From the UHGV virus genome UHGV-0229413: a stretch of DNA of 42,127 bases. One strand, written 5' to 3'. Positions 7,533 to 18,203 of the stretch are shown here, one piece after another (within the stretch, counting starts at the first letter, position 1; each line of letters opens with the position of its first letter). Origin of the DNA: a virus. Position numbers and translations under genes: made by a program. The notes below the pieces were generated by a model, which ran no database searches, was not told the DNA's origin, and worked only from the letters and a program-made list of their open reading frames with translations.

Positions 7533-8258
7533 ATGCAGCCTGTTCAGGCAGAGAACAAAACACTTCTGTACATTTATGATGATGTGACAGAATATGGAGA
7601 ATTTGACTGGAACGCATGGGAATATAAGGACTCGGAGACTTCTGCAAAATATTTTGCAGAGAAACTGAGTGAAATTCCAGAAGGACAGACAATTGAGCTG
7701 CATATCAACTCAAATGGCGGATCCGTAAAAGAGGGCGTTGCTATTTACAATTTACTGAAGCAAAAACAAAACCAGAAAGTCGGGATTGTGGATGGCGTAG
7801 CACACAGTGTTGCGTTTTTGATTCTACAGGCGTGTGACACAAGAAAAATGTGTTTAGGTACAACGGCACTGATACACAATATGTGGATGTATTGCTCAGG
7901 CAATGCAACACAACTGAGAAAATATGCAGATGATCTGGATGACATGATGGAAGCAAACCGGCAAGTTTTTCTGGAAAGGGCGAAGATTGAGGAAAGTGAG
8001 TTGATTGAGTTAATGGAAAATGAGACTTACCTCACTCCGGAAAAGGCGCTGGAATATGGACTCATTGATGAGATCATGGGAAAGACAGCAGAACCGGTCA
8101 ATACAGAAGAGATTCTGGAGAAGCTGTCCGATATGCAAAGACAGTTAAACAGTCAGGAGAGCTTCCGGCAGCAGATTGCAGCAATGCAGAAACCACAGGA
8201 AGACAAGAAACCAAGAAAAAACAATGTATTAAATCTTTTTAGAGGAGGCATGATTTAA
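7533..8258 (+). CDS. ClpP-like (S14) prohead protease
   Basis: 'INSNGGSV...GVAHSVAFLIL' ClpP-type serine nucleophile region; sits between portal and capsid. Confidence 0.8.
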   Translation: MQPVQAENKTLLYIYDDVTEYGEFDWNAWEYKDSETSAKYFAEKLSEIPEGQTIELHINSNGGSVKEGVAIYNLLKQKQNQKVGIVDGVAHSVAFLILQACDTRKMCLGTTALIHNMWMYCSGNATQLRKYADDLDDMMEANRQVFLERAKIEESELIELMENETYLTPEKALEYGLIDEIMGKTAEPVNTEEILEKLSDMQRQLNSQESFRQQIAAMQKPQEDKKPRKNNVLNLFRGGMI

Positions 8259-8281
8259 GGAAAAATTTAGATGTATTAGAA

Positions 8282-9727
8282 ATGGAAAAAACAGCAATCG
8301 TACAGAAGATGAATGAGGCGATCACAGCCGGAGATGCAGAGCAGTTCCAGGCAGCGTTTGTGGAGCTGTGCGATAAGATTCAGGAAAGTGTCATCGAACA
8401 GGCACGGGGAATCGTAGAAGAAGCAGATCAGAGAATTCTGTCTGAGCGCGGCGTAAGACAGCTGACATCCAAAGAAAAAGAATATTATCAGAAACTGGCA
8501 GAAGCCATGAAAGCACCGAATCCGAAACAGGCGGTAGAAAATCTGGATGTGGTAATGCCATATACCGTAATTGACAAAGTATTTGAAGATTTGAAAACAG
8601 ATCATCCGCTGTTGTCCAAAATCCAGTTTACATCTGTAACAGGGTTGACACGAATGATGATGAATACGAATGGATATCAGAAAGCAGCATGGGGAAAACT
8701 TTGCGCAGAGATCATCCAGGAGCTGACATCCGGATTTAAAGAGGTAGATGTGACACTGAGTAAACTGTCCGCATTTCTTCCGGTGTGTAAAGCAATGTTG
8801 GATCTGGGACCAGAATGGTTGGATACTTATGTGAGACAGGTCCTGTATGAAGCGCTTGCAAATGGATTGGAAGACGGTATCATCAATGGAACTGGAAAAG
8901 ACATGCCAATCGGTATGACAAAACAGGTGGGAGACTCTGTTACGATCAAGGGTGGAGTATATCCAGATAAAAAAGCAGTAAAGGTTACAAAGTTTAATGA
9001 TGTGCAGCTTGGAAAACTGGCGGCTGTTCTGGCAATCAATGAAAAAGGACAGGCAAGAACTGTAGACACACTGATTCTGGTGGTAAATCCGTCAGATTAT
9101 TTCAGCAAAGTCCTTCCGGCAACACAGAGACCAGCGCCGGGCGGTGGATATGTAAGTACACTGCCATTTCCGATCGATGTGATCCAGTCTCCGGCGGTAG
9201 GAGTCGGAAAGGCTGTATTTGGTATGGCAAAGCTTTACTTCATGGGATCTGGAATCGAAAATAACGGAAGAATCTTGTATTCAGATGATTACAGATTCCT
9301 GGAAGATGAGAGGGTTTACCTGATCAAAATGTATGGTCATGGATTTGCAGTAGATGATAATGCCTTCATGCTTTTGGACATCAGTGATCTGCAGCCAGCA
9401 CATTATGAAGTGGAAGTTGTTCCAAGTGTAGAAAATGTGGAAAATGCAAATCTTGCAGATTTCAAGGTAGGGGGACATACACTGACACCGGAGTTCGCAG
9501 AAGGAACATTGACATATACTTTGACAACAACAGACGCATCAAACACGGTGCAGGCGGTAATCGCAGACAGCACTGCAGAACTGGAATTGACCTACAATGA
9601 TAAACCGATTGCAAACGGCAGCAGAGTTACATGGGCTTCCGGCGCAGGAAATGTAGTAAAAGCAAAAGTGACAGATGGAAAGACAACCAAGACATATCAG
9701 GTGACTGTAACAAAGAATGAGGCATAA
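8282..9727 (+). CDS. major capsid protein (HK97 fold) with C-terminal Ig-like/cadherin-like beta-sandwich domain
   Basis: 481 aa after the protease; C-terminal ~110 aa Thr/Val-rich beta-sandwich-like 'TYTLTTTDASNTVQAV...KTYQVTVTK'. Confidence 0.8.
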   Translation: MEKTAIVQKMNEAITAGDAEQFQAAFVELCDKIQESVIEQARGIVEEADQRILSERGVRQLTSKEKEYYQKLAEAMKAPNPKQAVENLDVVMPYTVIDKVFEDLKTDHPLLSKIQFTSVTGLTRMMMNTNGYQKAAWGKLCAEIIQELTSGFKEVDVTLSKLSAFLPVCKAMLDLGPEWLDTYVRQVLYEALANGLEDGIINGTGKDMPIGMTKQVGDSVTIKGGVYPDKKAVKVTKFNDVQLGKLAAVLAINEKGQARTVDTLILVVNPSDYFSKVLPATQRPAPGGGYVSTLPFPIDVIQSPAVGVGKAVFGMAKLYFMGSGIENNGRILYSDDYRFLEDERVYLIKMYGHGFAVDDNAFMLLDISDLQPAHYEVEVVPSVENVENANLADFKVGGHTLTPEFAEGTLTYTLTTTDASNTVQAVIADSTAELELTYNDKPIANGSRVTWASGAGNVVKAKVTDGKTTKTYQVTVTKNEA

Positions 9728-9729
9728 TC

Positions 9730-10026
9730 ATGAGCGATCTGTTAGAAGATGTGAAGAATTTTCTGGATATTACATGGGATATGGATATCAGGGAGCGTAA
9801 AAAGCTCTCTGGTATCGTAGAGAGAGGAAAAGCGTACCTTGAGGGCAAAATAGGATTTTGTGATTTTGAAAGCGAAACACAAGAAAAAGAGCTGCTCTTA
9901 AATTACTGCATGTATGCAAGAGCTGGTCAGGTAGATGAGTTTATTCAAAATTATAAATCAGAAATCATATCACTGCAGATGCGCAGTTTTCGAAGAAAAG
10001 CGGGTGGATGCAATGCCGAGACGTAA
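9730..10026 (+). CDS. head-tail connector (gp6-like)
   Basis: 98 aa, position after the capsid gene. Confidence 0.55.
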   Translation: MSDLLEDVKNFLDITWDMDIRERKKLSGIVERGKAYLEGKIGFCDFESETQEKELLLNYCMYARAGQVDEFIQNYKSEIISLQMRSFRRKAGGCNAET

Positions 10027-10369
10027 GGATACAAAGTTTACCACATTTAACGATGGATCACTGGATATATGCAGCGTAAAAGGCCGGAAGATTGTAGAGA
10101 CCAGGCAAGCTGGAATTCGATTCGGATTTCGTACAGTTGGAATCAAACGGTTCTATGAGGCAAAGGTATTATCCAATCAGATTGACGAAGTAGTTGCAAT
10201 TCTGCCGGTAGAAGACATTTCTACGATGGACATCTGCATAATCGGAGAAAAGCAGTACAAGATCATACAGATCCAGAATAAATATGATGCAGCGCCACCT
10301 TGTTTACTGCTTTCTCTGGAAAGAGTAGTAACGACTTATGAGGATGTGAGAAACCATGCCGAAAATTAA
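10013..10369 (+). CDS. head closure / head-tail adaptor protein
   Basis: ATG 10013 in frame of ORF 9935-10369; ~118 aa; position. Confidence 0.5.
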   Translation: MPRRKDTKFTTFNDGSLDICSVKGRKIVETRQAGIRFGFRTVGIKRFYEAKVLSNQIDEVVAILPVEDISTMDICIIGEKQYKIIQIQNKYDAAPPCLLLSLERVVTTYEDVRNHAEN

Positions 10370-10739
10370 TATTGATCAGTTCGCAATCGAAGTCATGCAG
10401 GAGTTAGATGCGTATCGTGAGGATGTACAGGAAGCAGTGGAAAAAGCAGTGAAAGAGACAGCGAAGCAGACAGCTGCGGAATTACGTTCCATATCACCAG
10501 AAGGAGATACCGGTGAATATGCAAAGCACTGGAGCTATAAACGAGATAAAAATTTGAGTGGAAGGCACCGCTATGATATGGTGGTATATTCCAAAAAGCC
10601 GGAATACCGGATTACACATTTGCTGGAAAAAGGACACGCAAAGAGGAATGGTGGAAGAGTGAACGGAATCCCGCATATCAAAATTGCAGAAAAGCACGCA
10701 ACGGAAATTCTACAGGAAAGGATAGAACGCTATTTATGA
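10356..10739 (+). CDS. HK97 gp10-family tail component
   Basis: 127 aa, overlapping starts in the connector gene series. Confidence 0.55.
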   Translation: MPKINIDQFAIEVMQELDAYREDVQEAVEKAVKETAKQTAAELRSISPEGDTGEYAKHWSYKRDKNLSGRHRYDMVVYSKKPEYRITHLLEKGHAKRNGGRVNGIPHIKIAEKHATEILQERIERYL

Positions 10740-11053
10740 CAAAGGAGAGGATAGAAGCAATTCTGGATGCACTGGAAATTGAATATCGGTATCATCATTT
10801 TGAAGAACGTGAGGCGGTGAATCCTCCTTTTATTTGCTGGTTGATTCCGGAAACGAGAAATTTCTCCGCAGATGGGAAGGTATATTTTAAATCAAACAAA
10901 GTTGATATTGAACTGTATACAGATGAAAAGGACTTTGAACTGGAAGAACGTGTAGAAGCGGCACTTGATGCAGCAGATCTCTTCTGGCAGAAAAGTGAAC
11001 AGTATATTAAATCAGAAAATATGTATGAAGTATTATATGAAGTGGAGGGCTAA
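10736..11053 (+). CDS. putative tail terminator / tail completion protein
   Basis: 105 aa immediately before the major tail protein. Confidence 0.4.
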   Translation: MTKERIEAILDALEIEYRYHHFEEREAVNPPFICWLIPETRNFSADGKVYFKSNKVDIELYTDEKDFELEERVEAALDAADLFWQKSEQYIKSENMYEVLYEVEG

Positions 11054-11125
11054 GTAAGGAAAGAAAGACAGGCAACAAAAAAGGATAAAGTCAAATTTAA
11101 TATCCATAATGCGCATGTTGCGCTT

Positions 11126-11662
11126 TTGCAGGAAAGTGACACGGGAGAAATTACATTTGATACACCGTTTGCGGTACCTGGCTCCGTATCGCTTTCACTG
11201 GAAGCACAGGGAGAACTGACACCGTTTTATGCGGATGGAATCAAGTATTATGTTTCTTCTTCCAATAGCGGATATGAGGGAGACTGGGAAATGGCGCTGA
11301 TCACGGATGAGTTCCGGGAAAAGATTTTAAGTGAATACATTGACAAGAACAAAGTCATGCTGGAGGAAGCGACTGCAAAAGTAAAACGGTTTGCGCTGGG
11401 ATTTGAAATTGACGGAGATGTGAGGGGAACACGGTTCTGGTTCTATTGCTGTACCTCTACACGTCCTACAACAGAATCCAGCACAACAGAGGACGCGATT
11501 GAACCTACAACTGACACTGTCACAGTTTCTGCATCCGCTGTACAACTTGGAACAGCTAAGAAAATGGCAGTTCGGGCAAAGACAACAGCAGATACAACAG
11601 ATGACTTATACGAAAAATGGTTTGATAAGGTGTACATTCCAGATCAGGAAGTTGCAGCATAA
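11126..11662 (+). CDS. major tail protein
   Basis: 178 aa, Thr-rich C-terminus; directly before the G/GT chaperone; TTG start with no upstream ATG in frame. Confidence 0.6.
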   Translation: MQESDTGEITFDTPFAVPGSVSLSLEAQGELTPFYADGIKYYVSSSNSGYEGDWEMALITDEFREKILSEYIDKNKVMLEEATAKVKRFALGFEIDGDVRGTRFWFYCCTSTRPTTESSTTEDAIEPTTDTVTVSASAVQLGTAKKMAVRAKTTADTTDDLYEKWFDKVYIPDQEVAA

Positions 11663-11674
11663 AAGGAGAACAGG

Positions 11675-12094
11675 ATGAGAAAGACGATCACAATCAATGG
11701 AACAGAATATAAATTCAAAAGTTCTGCCGCAATCCCCCGGATTTATCGACTGAAATTTGGGAGAGATATTTTTGTAGATATGCAGAAAATTGAAAAGCAG
11801 ATCAAGATCCAGGAAAAACTCAAAGACGAGATGCAGAAAAAATGCGCAAAAGAAGGTACAGAATTTGATGAAAGTAAGTTTGAAAGCGGAATCCCGATCG
11901 AATCACTGGAAATGTTTGAAAACATTGCGTTTCTGATGCATAAACATGGCGATCCTGACCAGCCGGACGATATCAACGAGTGGTTGGATCAGTTCGAGAC
12001 ATTTGATATCTATGAGATTCTGCCGGAAATCATGGAAATGTGGAAATCAGAAAATAAACAGATGTCAGTTCCAAAAAAAAAGAGAGGGAAATAG
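11675..12094 (+). CDS. tail assembly chaperone G
   Basis: GGAGAACAGG ribosome-binding site then ATG; acidic protein ending at the slippery run CCAAAAAAAAAG. Confidence 0.7.
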   Translation: MRKTITINGTEYKFKSSAAIPRIYRLKFGRDIFVDMQKIEKQIKIQEKLKDEMQKKCAKEGTEFDESKFESGIPIESLEMFENIAFLMHKHGDPDQPDDINEWLDQFETFDIYEILPEIMEMWKSENKQMSVPKKKRGK

Positions 12095-12267
12095 ACCGTG
12101 AGGTCAATACCGCATTGTTTATGCTTCGATGTGCACAATGCGGTATTTCTATTTCTGATTTAGACCTGTTAAGCATTGGAATGATCAACGATATGTTTAT
12201 CGAAATGAAGAATGATGAGTATGATTATCCGAAAATTGCAACACAGGAGGATATTGATGCACTGTAA
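11675..12267 (+). CDS. GT fusion produced by -1 programmed frameshift at the A9 run (12073-12081)
   Basis: the -1 frame is open from the slippery site to TAA 12265-12267 (KKKEREIDREVNTALFML...EDIDAL), with no stop for 64 codons. Confidence 0.55.
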
Positions 12268-12336
12268 AGGAGGGATGTAAGGGCAGGGAGCAGAATAAAA
12301 GGAATTACCATAGAGATTGGTGGCGATACTTCCAAC

Positions 12337-15300
12337 TTGGAAAAGGCACTGTCCGGTGTTGACAAAAAACTATACGGTGTAGAACAGTCATTAAAAGATG
12401 TCAATAAATTGATGAAGCTGGATCCCACGAATACGGAATTGCTGAATCAGAAGCAGAAGTTGCTGCAGCAGTCGATCAGTGAAACGAAAAACAGGCTGGA
12501 AACTTTAAAACAGGCGAGTGAACAGGCAGCAAAAACCGCCGGAAATTATGATGCTTGGAAAGAGGCGTATACTCCGATTCAAGAGGAGATTGTAAAGACA
12601 AACAAAAAATTAGATGAATTAAAAAAGAAGCAGAAATCATCGGAAAAAATCGGAGAAATAAATACGCAAGAGTATGATAAGTATCAGAAGAAAATTGAAA
12701 GCACAGAGAAAAAATTAGAGAGCCTTGTTACGAAAAAAGAGAAAGTAGAGAAAAGTAACAATATAAATGTAGAGCAGTATAATAAACTGCAAAAAGAAAT
12801 AGAAGAAACTACATATTCTTTAGATGAATTAAAGAGAAAACAAAAAGATGTTTATAACGAAAGAATATACAATAGTGTTGATTACAAGCTATTTAGTGAT
12901 GAAATAGCGGAAACCCAAATAAAGTTGAAGGAATTAAATGCACAGAAAAAGCAAGTAGATGATGAATTTGGAAAGCCGATCAGTCCAGAAGGATTCGATT
13001 CTCTTCAAAGAGAGATTGTTGAGACAGAACAGAAACTGAAATCACTAAAAGAGACTACAGGAAGTGCAAGTGCGAATCTTGCAAAAGTATCTGCGGTATC
13101 AGGAGAGTTTGGAAATAAGGTCAAAGGAGTGGGACAATCCTTGCTGCCGGTAACGGGGGCACTGACTGGTGTAGGGGCGGCATCCACTGTTATGGCAAAT
13201 AATTTCAACGATGCAATGAGTCAGGCGGCGGGAGCACTTGATAAGCCCATGTCTGAAATGGAAGATCTAAGACAACTTGCAATCCAGACCGGACAGGATA
13301 CAGTCTTTTCTGCAACTGATGCAGGGAATGCGATCACAGAACTGGCAAAAGGTGGTTTGACAGAAGCCGACATTAAAGCAGGGGCATTAAAAACTACAAT
13401 GGACCTTGCGGCATCTTCCGGGATGGATCTTGGAGAGGCAGCAAATGTTGTTGTACAGGCAATGGGAGCGTTTGGTCTGTCTGCGAATGAGTCTGCAGAA
13501 GCGGCAAACGCTTTGGCCGGGGCAGCAGCTGCATCTTCTACGGATGTAGAACCTCTCACACAGGCACTGGCACAGTGTTCTGCAGGAGCAAAAAACGCAG
13601 GATGGTCTATACAGGAAACAACAGCGGTTTTGGCTCGTTTTGCAGATGCCGGAATCGAGGGAAGCGATGCCGGAACATCTTTAAAAACCATGCTCCAGAG
13701 GCTGGCGGCACCAACATCGGAAGCAGCAGCAACAAAAATAGAAACATTGGGCATTAAAACGAGAGATGCCAGTGGAAATCTTCTGGGAGCTGCTGAAATG
13801 GCTCAAGAATTGCAAGACAAACTGGGCGGATTGGATGCTGCTTCGAGGGATGCAGCATTATCAGCAATCTTCGGATCCGATGCAATGCGTGCTGCTACTG
13901 TGATGATGGATAGCGGGACTGAGGGGCTTCAAAAATATATCGATGCGGCAAATGATCAGGAGGCAGCACAAAGGCTGGCAAATTCTCAGATGAGTGATGG
14001 GTCAAGAGCAATCGAGGAATTAAAAGGATCTCTGGAAACCGCAGCGATTCAGATTGGAGATACACTGGCACCAATTGTCCAGAAGGTAGCAGAACTTATT
14101 ACCGCACTTGTCAATAAATTTTCAGCACTACCGGAAGGCGTGCAACAGGTGATTGTAGTAGTCGGAATTCTGGTTGCAGCATTAGGACCACTACTGATGG
14201 TAATCGGCCAGATATCACTCGGGATATCTGCGGTAGCAGGTACGCTGTCGGAATTATCTGGAATTGGAGGAGTGGTGACAAATCTGATCGGTGGAATTAA
14301 AACGGCAGTAACGGGGTTACTTGGAATAATAACGGCACATCCTGTAATTGCGGCTATAACGGCAATTATAGTGATATTGGTTGCTTTATACAATAAATGC
14401 GAATGGTTCCGGGATGGTGTGAACGGGATTTTAAAGGCAATCAAAGACGGATTTTTTGCAGCATGGGATGGAATTGTAGAATTTTTTACAGAAACGATTC
14501 CCAATGCATGGAATGAGATGGTATCGTTCTTTCAAGGAATACCGGCATGGTGGAGTGGTATATGGGATAGTGTACAGGCAAAGTTTGAATCTGTATGGAC
14601 AAGTATCATGGAAATTCCGATTATCAAAGAATTGACATCGATTATCAAAGATTCTTTCGAACGGCTAAAAGAAGATTTAGGTGGAATCTGGACTGGAATA
14701 AAAATGTTGGCTGAGAATACTTGGGAATTTATCAAAAATGCAACATTGGCTCCAGTTCTTCTTTTGATTGATCTTGTGACCGGAGATTTTGAAAGATTAA
14801 AATCCGATCTTGAGAATATTCTGAACAATATCAAAAATGCATTTACAAATATATGGACTGCAATTCAAAGCATTACGGAAAATTTCTGGGATGCGATAAA
14901 AACAGTAATCTTAACCAAAGTAGAGATGACAAATGAAATTGTATCTACATTGCTGAATGCATTGAAAACACAGTTAGAAAATATTTGGAACAGCATACAA
15001 AATACAGCTGAAAGAATAGGAAGCAATATTCAGGAATCCATGTCGAATATATGGAACAATATTCAAAATGCAATAAAAACTACGGTGGACAACGCGAGAA
15101 ATTCTGCAATCAGTGGGTTTGAGGCATTGCGTGATGGAATCAAAAATACAATTCAGGAACTACCACAAATTGTAAGTAATATTTTTGACAAAATAGGATC
15201 TACGATTTCCGGGTGGATAGACAACGCGAAGGAGTGGGGGGCTGATTTCATCCACGGATTAACAGAAGGAATTTTATCCGGAGTAAATGGGATTATAGAT

Positions 15301-15660
15301 GCAGTAAGAGGAATTGGAGACAAGATTCGTTCTTTCCTGCATTTTTCAAGACCGGATGAAGGTCCTTTGAGAGATTATGAAACATGGATGCCGGATTTTA
15401 TCGATGGAATGGTAAAAGGAATCAATGAGAATGTGTACAAGGTTTCCAATGCGGTAAAAAGAGTTGCCAAGACGATGAGTGAGAGCATGTACGGAGGAAC
15501 TCCGGCGCTGGCAAGTGCTACACAGACTAACATTGTTTTGAACAATAATGTCGGTGTGCAAATTGGAAATCAAAAGCTTGATTCTTATATTGTAGAAACA
15601 GCCAAAAAAGGATTTACATCTCAAGTACATCATGCAAAAAGAGGAAAGGGGAGACGGTAA
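12337..15660 (+). CDS. tape measure protein
   Basis: 1107 aa; coiled-coil N-terminus, Ala/Gly-rich minor-tail-protein core, hydrophobic glycine-zipper segments; start is unusual (see findings). Confidence 0.85.
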   Translation: MEKALSGVDKKLYGVEQSLKDVNKLMKLDPTNTELLNQKQKLLQQSISETKNRLETLKQASEQAAKTAGNYDAWKEAYTPIQEEIVKTNKKLDELKKKQKSSEKIGEINTQEYDKYQKKIESTEKKLESLVTKKEKVEKSNNINVEQYNKLQKEIEETTYSLDELKRKQKDVYNERIYNSVDYKLFSDEIAETQIKLKELNAQKKQVDDEFGKPISPEGFDSLQREIVETEQKLKSLKETTGSASANLAKVSAVSGEFGNKVKGVGQSLLPVTGALTGVGAASTVMANNFNDAMSQAAGALDKPMSEMEDLRQLAIQTGQDTVFSATDAGNAITELAKGGLTEADIKAGALKTTMDLAASSGMDLGEAANVVVQAMGAFGLSANESAEAANALAGAAAASSTDVEPLTQALAQCSAGAKNAGWSIQETTAVLARFADAGIEGSDAGTSLKTMLQRLAAPTSEAAATKIETLGIKTRDASGNLLGAAEMAQELQDKLGGLDAASRDAALSAIFGSDAMRAATVMMDSGTEGLQKYIDAANDQEAAQRLANSQMSDGSRAIEELKGSLETAAIQIGDTLAPIVQKVAELITALVNKFSALPEGVQQVIVVVGILVAALGPLLMVIGQISLGISAVAGTLSELSGIGGVVTNLIGGIKTAVTGLLGIITAHPVIAAITAIIVILVALYNKCEWFRDGVNGILKAIKDGFFAAWDGIVEFFTETIPNAWNEMVSFFQGIPAWWSGIWDSVQAKFESVWTSIMEIPIIKELTSIIKDSFERLKEDLGGIWTGIKMLAENTWEFIKNATLAPVLLLIDLVTGDFERLKSDLENILNNIKNAFTNIWTAIQSITENFWDAIKTVILTKVEMTNEIVSTLLNALKTQLENIWNSIQNTAERIGSNIQESMSNIWNNIQNAIKTTVDNARNSAISGFEALRDGIKNTIQELPQIVSNIFDKIGSTISGWIDNAKEWGADFIHGLTEGILSGVNGIIDAVRGIGDKIRSFLHFSRPDEGPLRDYETWMPDFIDGMVKGINENVYKVSNAVKRVAKTMSESMYGGTPALASATQTNIVLNNNVGVQIGNQKLDSYIVETAKKGFTSQVHHAKRGKGRR

Positions 15661-16359
15661 ATGTATGAAATTATCAGAAACGGCCATACAAATACAGAAA
15701 TAGGAATACTTGTACGAGAAAGACCGTCTATCCCTTCGGCAGAGTATAACTATACGGAATTGAACATACCGGGAAGAGATGGGAGCATATTCAAAGAAGA
15801 TGGAACTGTGAGCGACATTACAATCACAGTTCCTTTTACATTTGCAGAAAATCCTCAAAGATGGCAGGAACGATTTCGGACTGCGAGAAGATGGCTTATG
15901 AGAAAAGATGATACAGAACTGATTTTAAGCGATGAACTGGAGTACTTCTATCATGTAAAACATACTAAGATCAATGCGGCAGAACGGCAAGTAAAAGAGG
16001 TCGGAGAGTTTGAGGTAGAATTTACGTGTGAAGGATACCGATATCGAACAGATGGAAAAGCAGAATATACACCCGAAGAGGTGTTTTACAATCCATATGA
16101 CAGATCAAGACCAGTCTATTTGATCACAGGTGAAGGTGAGTGCATCCTGCAGGTAAACGGAAGTCAAATGAAAGCGAATGTTGGCCAGAATCTGGTGATT
16201 GATACAGACAGGCTGATGGCATACAGAAAAGATGGAAAATTGATGAACACATCTGTGTATGGAGATTATGCAGAACTGCATCTTTTACCGGGAGAGAATA
16301 CCGTGTATATCTCAAGAGGATTTGATCTGAAAGTGATTCCGAACTGGAGGTGCTTATAA
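15661..16359 (+). CDS. distal tail protein (Dit)
   Basis: 232 aa, directly after the tape measure protein (stop/start abutting). Confidence 0.7.
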   Translation: MYEIIRNGHTNTEIGILVRERPSIPSAEYNYTELNIPGRDGSIFKEDGTVSDITITVPFTFAENPQRWQERFRTARRWLMRKDDTELILSDELEYFYHVKHTKINAAERQVKEVGEFEVEFTCEGYRYRTDGKAEYTPEEVFYNPYDRSRPVYLITGEGECILQVNGSQMKANVGQNLVIDTDRLMAYRKDGKLMNTSVYGDYAELHLLPGENTVYISRGFDLKVIPNWRCL

Positions 16360-18203
16360 GGATAGAACTTTATAAACCAGAAAATACGGATTATGAACAT
16401 AACGGCGATATGCCATTACTTCCGGAGAGCGCTTCTGTAAAAGCAATACTAAACGGAAGTTGGAAAGCGGAGATTCAGCACCCGATCGATGAAGAGGGCC
16501 GTTGGAAGTGGATAGAAGAGGACGCAGTCGTAAAACTGGAGTCATTCAATGGAACACAGTTATTTCGGATCAAAAAGAAAGCAAAATCAGATGCTGGCGT
16601 GAGTGCAGAACTGGAACCGGTTTTTATGGATGCGATTGATGATTGTTTTCTGTTGGATATACGTCCAACGGAAAAAAACGGGCAGCAGGCACTGGACATC
16701 ATGACCGCACCAAATAAAAAGTACAGTGGAAAATCTAATATCAAAATAATATCAACAGCATATTACCAGACAAAGAACCTGATCGAAGCAATCTGCGGAG
16801 AAGAGGAGAACTCCTTCCTGAACAGATGGGGCGGTGAGGTTCTTTTTGATAATTATACGATCACCGTCAATGACCGAGTTGGAATCGATCATGGGGTGCA
16901 GGTTTTATATGGAAAAAATATTGCGGAAAACGGGCTGCAGGAAGAGATTGATACCAGCGAGGTCATTACAAGGATTGTACCAAAGGCATATAACGGATAC
17001 ATGATAGAGGGGAATGAACCGTGGGTGGACTCACCACTGATTGATAAATATCCAACAATAAAATACGGAGTGATCACATTTGAAGATGTGAAGATGAAGG
17101 CCGATGCTGCGGAAGATGACGAAGAGAACGGAATCGTGATCTGCAATACACAGGAAGAACTGAACAATGCGTTAAAAGAAAAATGCGAGGAACAGTTTGA
17201 AGCTGGAATTGACAAGCCGAAGGTTACGATATCCGCTGATATGGTTATGCTGCATGATACGGAATTGTACGCGGATATCCGGGAACTGGAAGAAGTTTCT
17301 ATCGGAGACACAGTACATTGTCGTCACAGCAAACTGGATATTGTAACAGATGCACGTGTCATAGAACTGGAATGGGATTGTATCAATGAAGAGGTTGCAT
17401 CTGTTGTGTTGGGAGACTTTCAATACAATTTCATTACGGATGTATCAAGTATGTCAAATCGGATAGAAAGTGCAATCCGGCCGGATGGCACTGTGATAGG
17501 AGCACAGGTAAACGGCATCATAAACGGAGTGAAAGCACAGTTTCGGGCACAGTCCGACATCGCACAAAAACAGAAAGTACGCGCTGTTTTATTTGAAGAT
17601 TTGAATCCGGAGTCGGAAACGTTTGGGGCAATGTGCCTTGGTACAATGGGGTTCGAGATTGCCAGCAAAAGAACTGCAGATGGAAGAGACTGGGACTGGT
17701 CCACCTTTGGAACAGGACAGGGATTCTTTGCTGATTTTATCACAGCAGGAACAATGCTGGCTGATCGGATCAGAGGTGGAACTTTGGAAATCGGAGGACT
17801 TGACAATAATAGTGGCGTTGCAAGGGTGCTGGATGCAAGCGGGAAAGAAATAGTCCGACTGGATAAAGATGGAATTTACGCAGAAGGGAAATATATCTGC
17901 GATTCTTTGAACGATAATCGGCGTGTGACAATAAAGGACGGAACAATATTATTTTCAAACAAAAATGATGAGGGCGTTCTTTGTATGACGTATGTTGGAA
18001 ATGCATTGTTATTCACCGATGGAAACAAAGAAGACAGCAAAAACTTACTAAGGATCACGAAGGATGCAGTTCTGTTAGATGCGGAAAACGTTGGACCAGG
18101 AGTTTATGGAAAGACTGGAACTGCAGTTTTTTCGAATGGGACAAATCTAAGGTTTGAAAAAGGATTTCTTGTGGGCGGAATCACGAAAGAAGGTGATTTC
18201 TGA
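16350..18203 (+). CDS. tail-associated protein Tal (prophage tail endopeptidase family)
   Basis: 617 aa after Dit. Confidence 0.7.
   Translation: MLIRIELYKPENTDYEHNGDMPLLPESASVKAILNGSWKAEIQHPIDEEGRWKWIEEDAVVKLESFNGTQLFRIKKKAKSDAGVSAELEPVFMDAIDDCFLLDIRPTEKNGQQALDIMTAPNKKYSGKSNIKIISTAYYQTKNLIEAICGEEENSFLNRWGGEVLFDNYTITVNDRVGIDHGVQVLYGKNIAENGLQEEIDTSEVITRIVPKAYNGYMIEGNEPWVDSPLIDKYPTIKYGVITFEDVKMKADAAEDDEENGIVICNTQEELNNALKEKCEEQFEAGIDKPKVTISADMVMLHDTELYADIRELEEVSIGDTVHCRHSKLDIVTDARVIELEWDCINEEVASVVLGDFQYNFITDVSSMSNRIESAIRPDGTVIGAQVNGIINGVKAQFRAQSDIAQKQKVRAVLFEDLNPESETFGAMCLGTMGFEIASKRTADGRDWDWSTFGTGQGFFADFITAGTMLADRIRGGTLEIGGLDNNSGVARVLDASGKEIVRLDKDGIYAEGKYICDSLNDNRRVTIKDGTILFSNKNDEGVLCMTYVGNALLFTDGNKEDSKNLLRITKDAVLLDAENVGPGVYGKTGTAVFSNGTNLRFEKGFLVGGITKEGDF

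Noticed and set aside
13221-13754. Long minus-strand ORFs antisense to the tape measure gene (also 14049-14504, 20919-21542, 33745-34533, 35883-36377, 37125-37577, and 26588-27046 on the plus strand)
   Set aside because: Low-complexity Ala/Ser/Cys-rich translations with no ribosome-binding sites, each fully embedded opposite a strongly supported gene. These are typical shadow ORFs.
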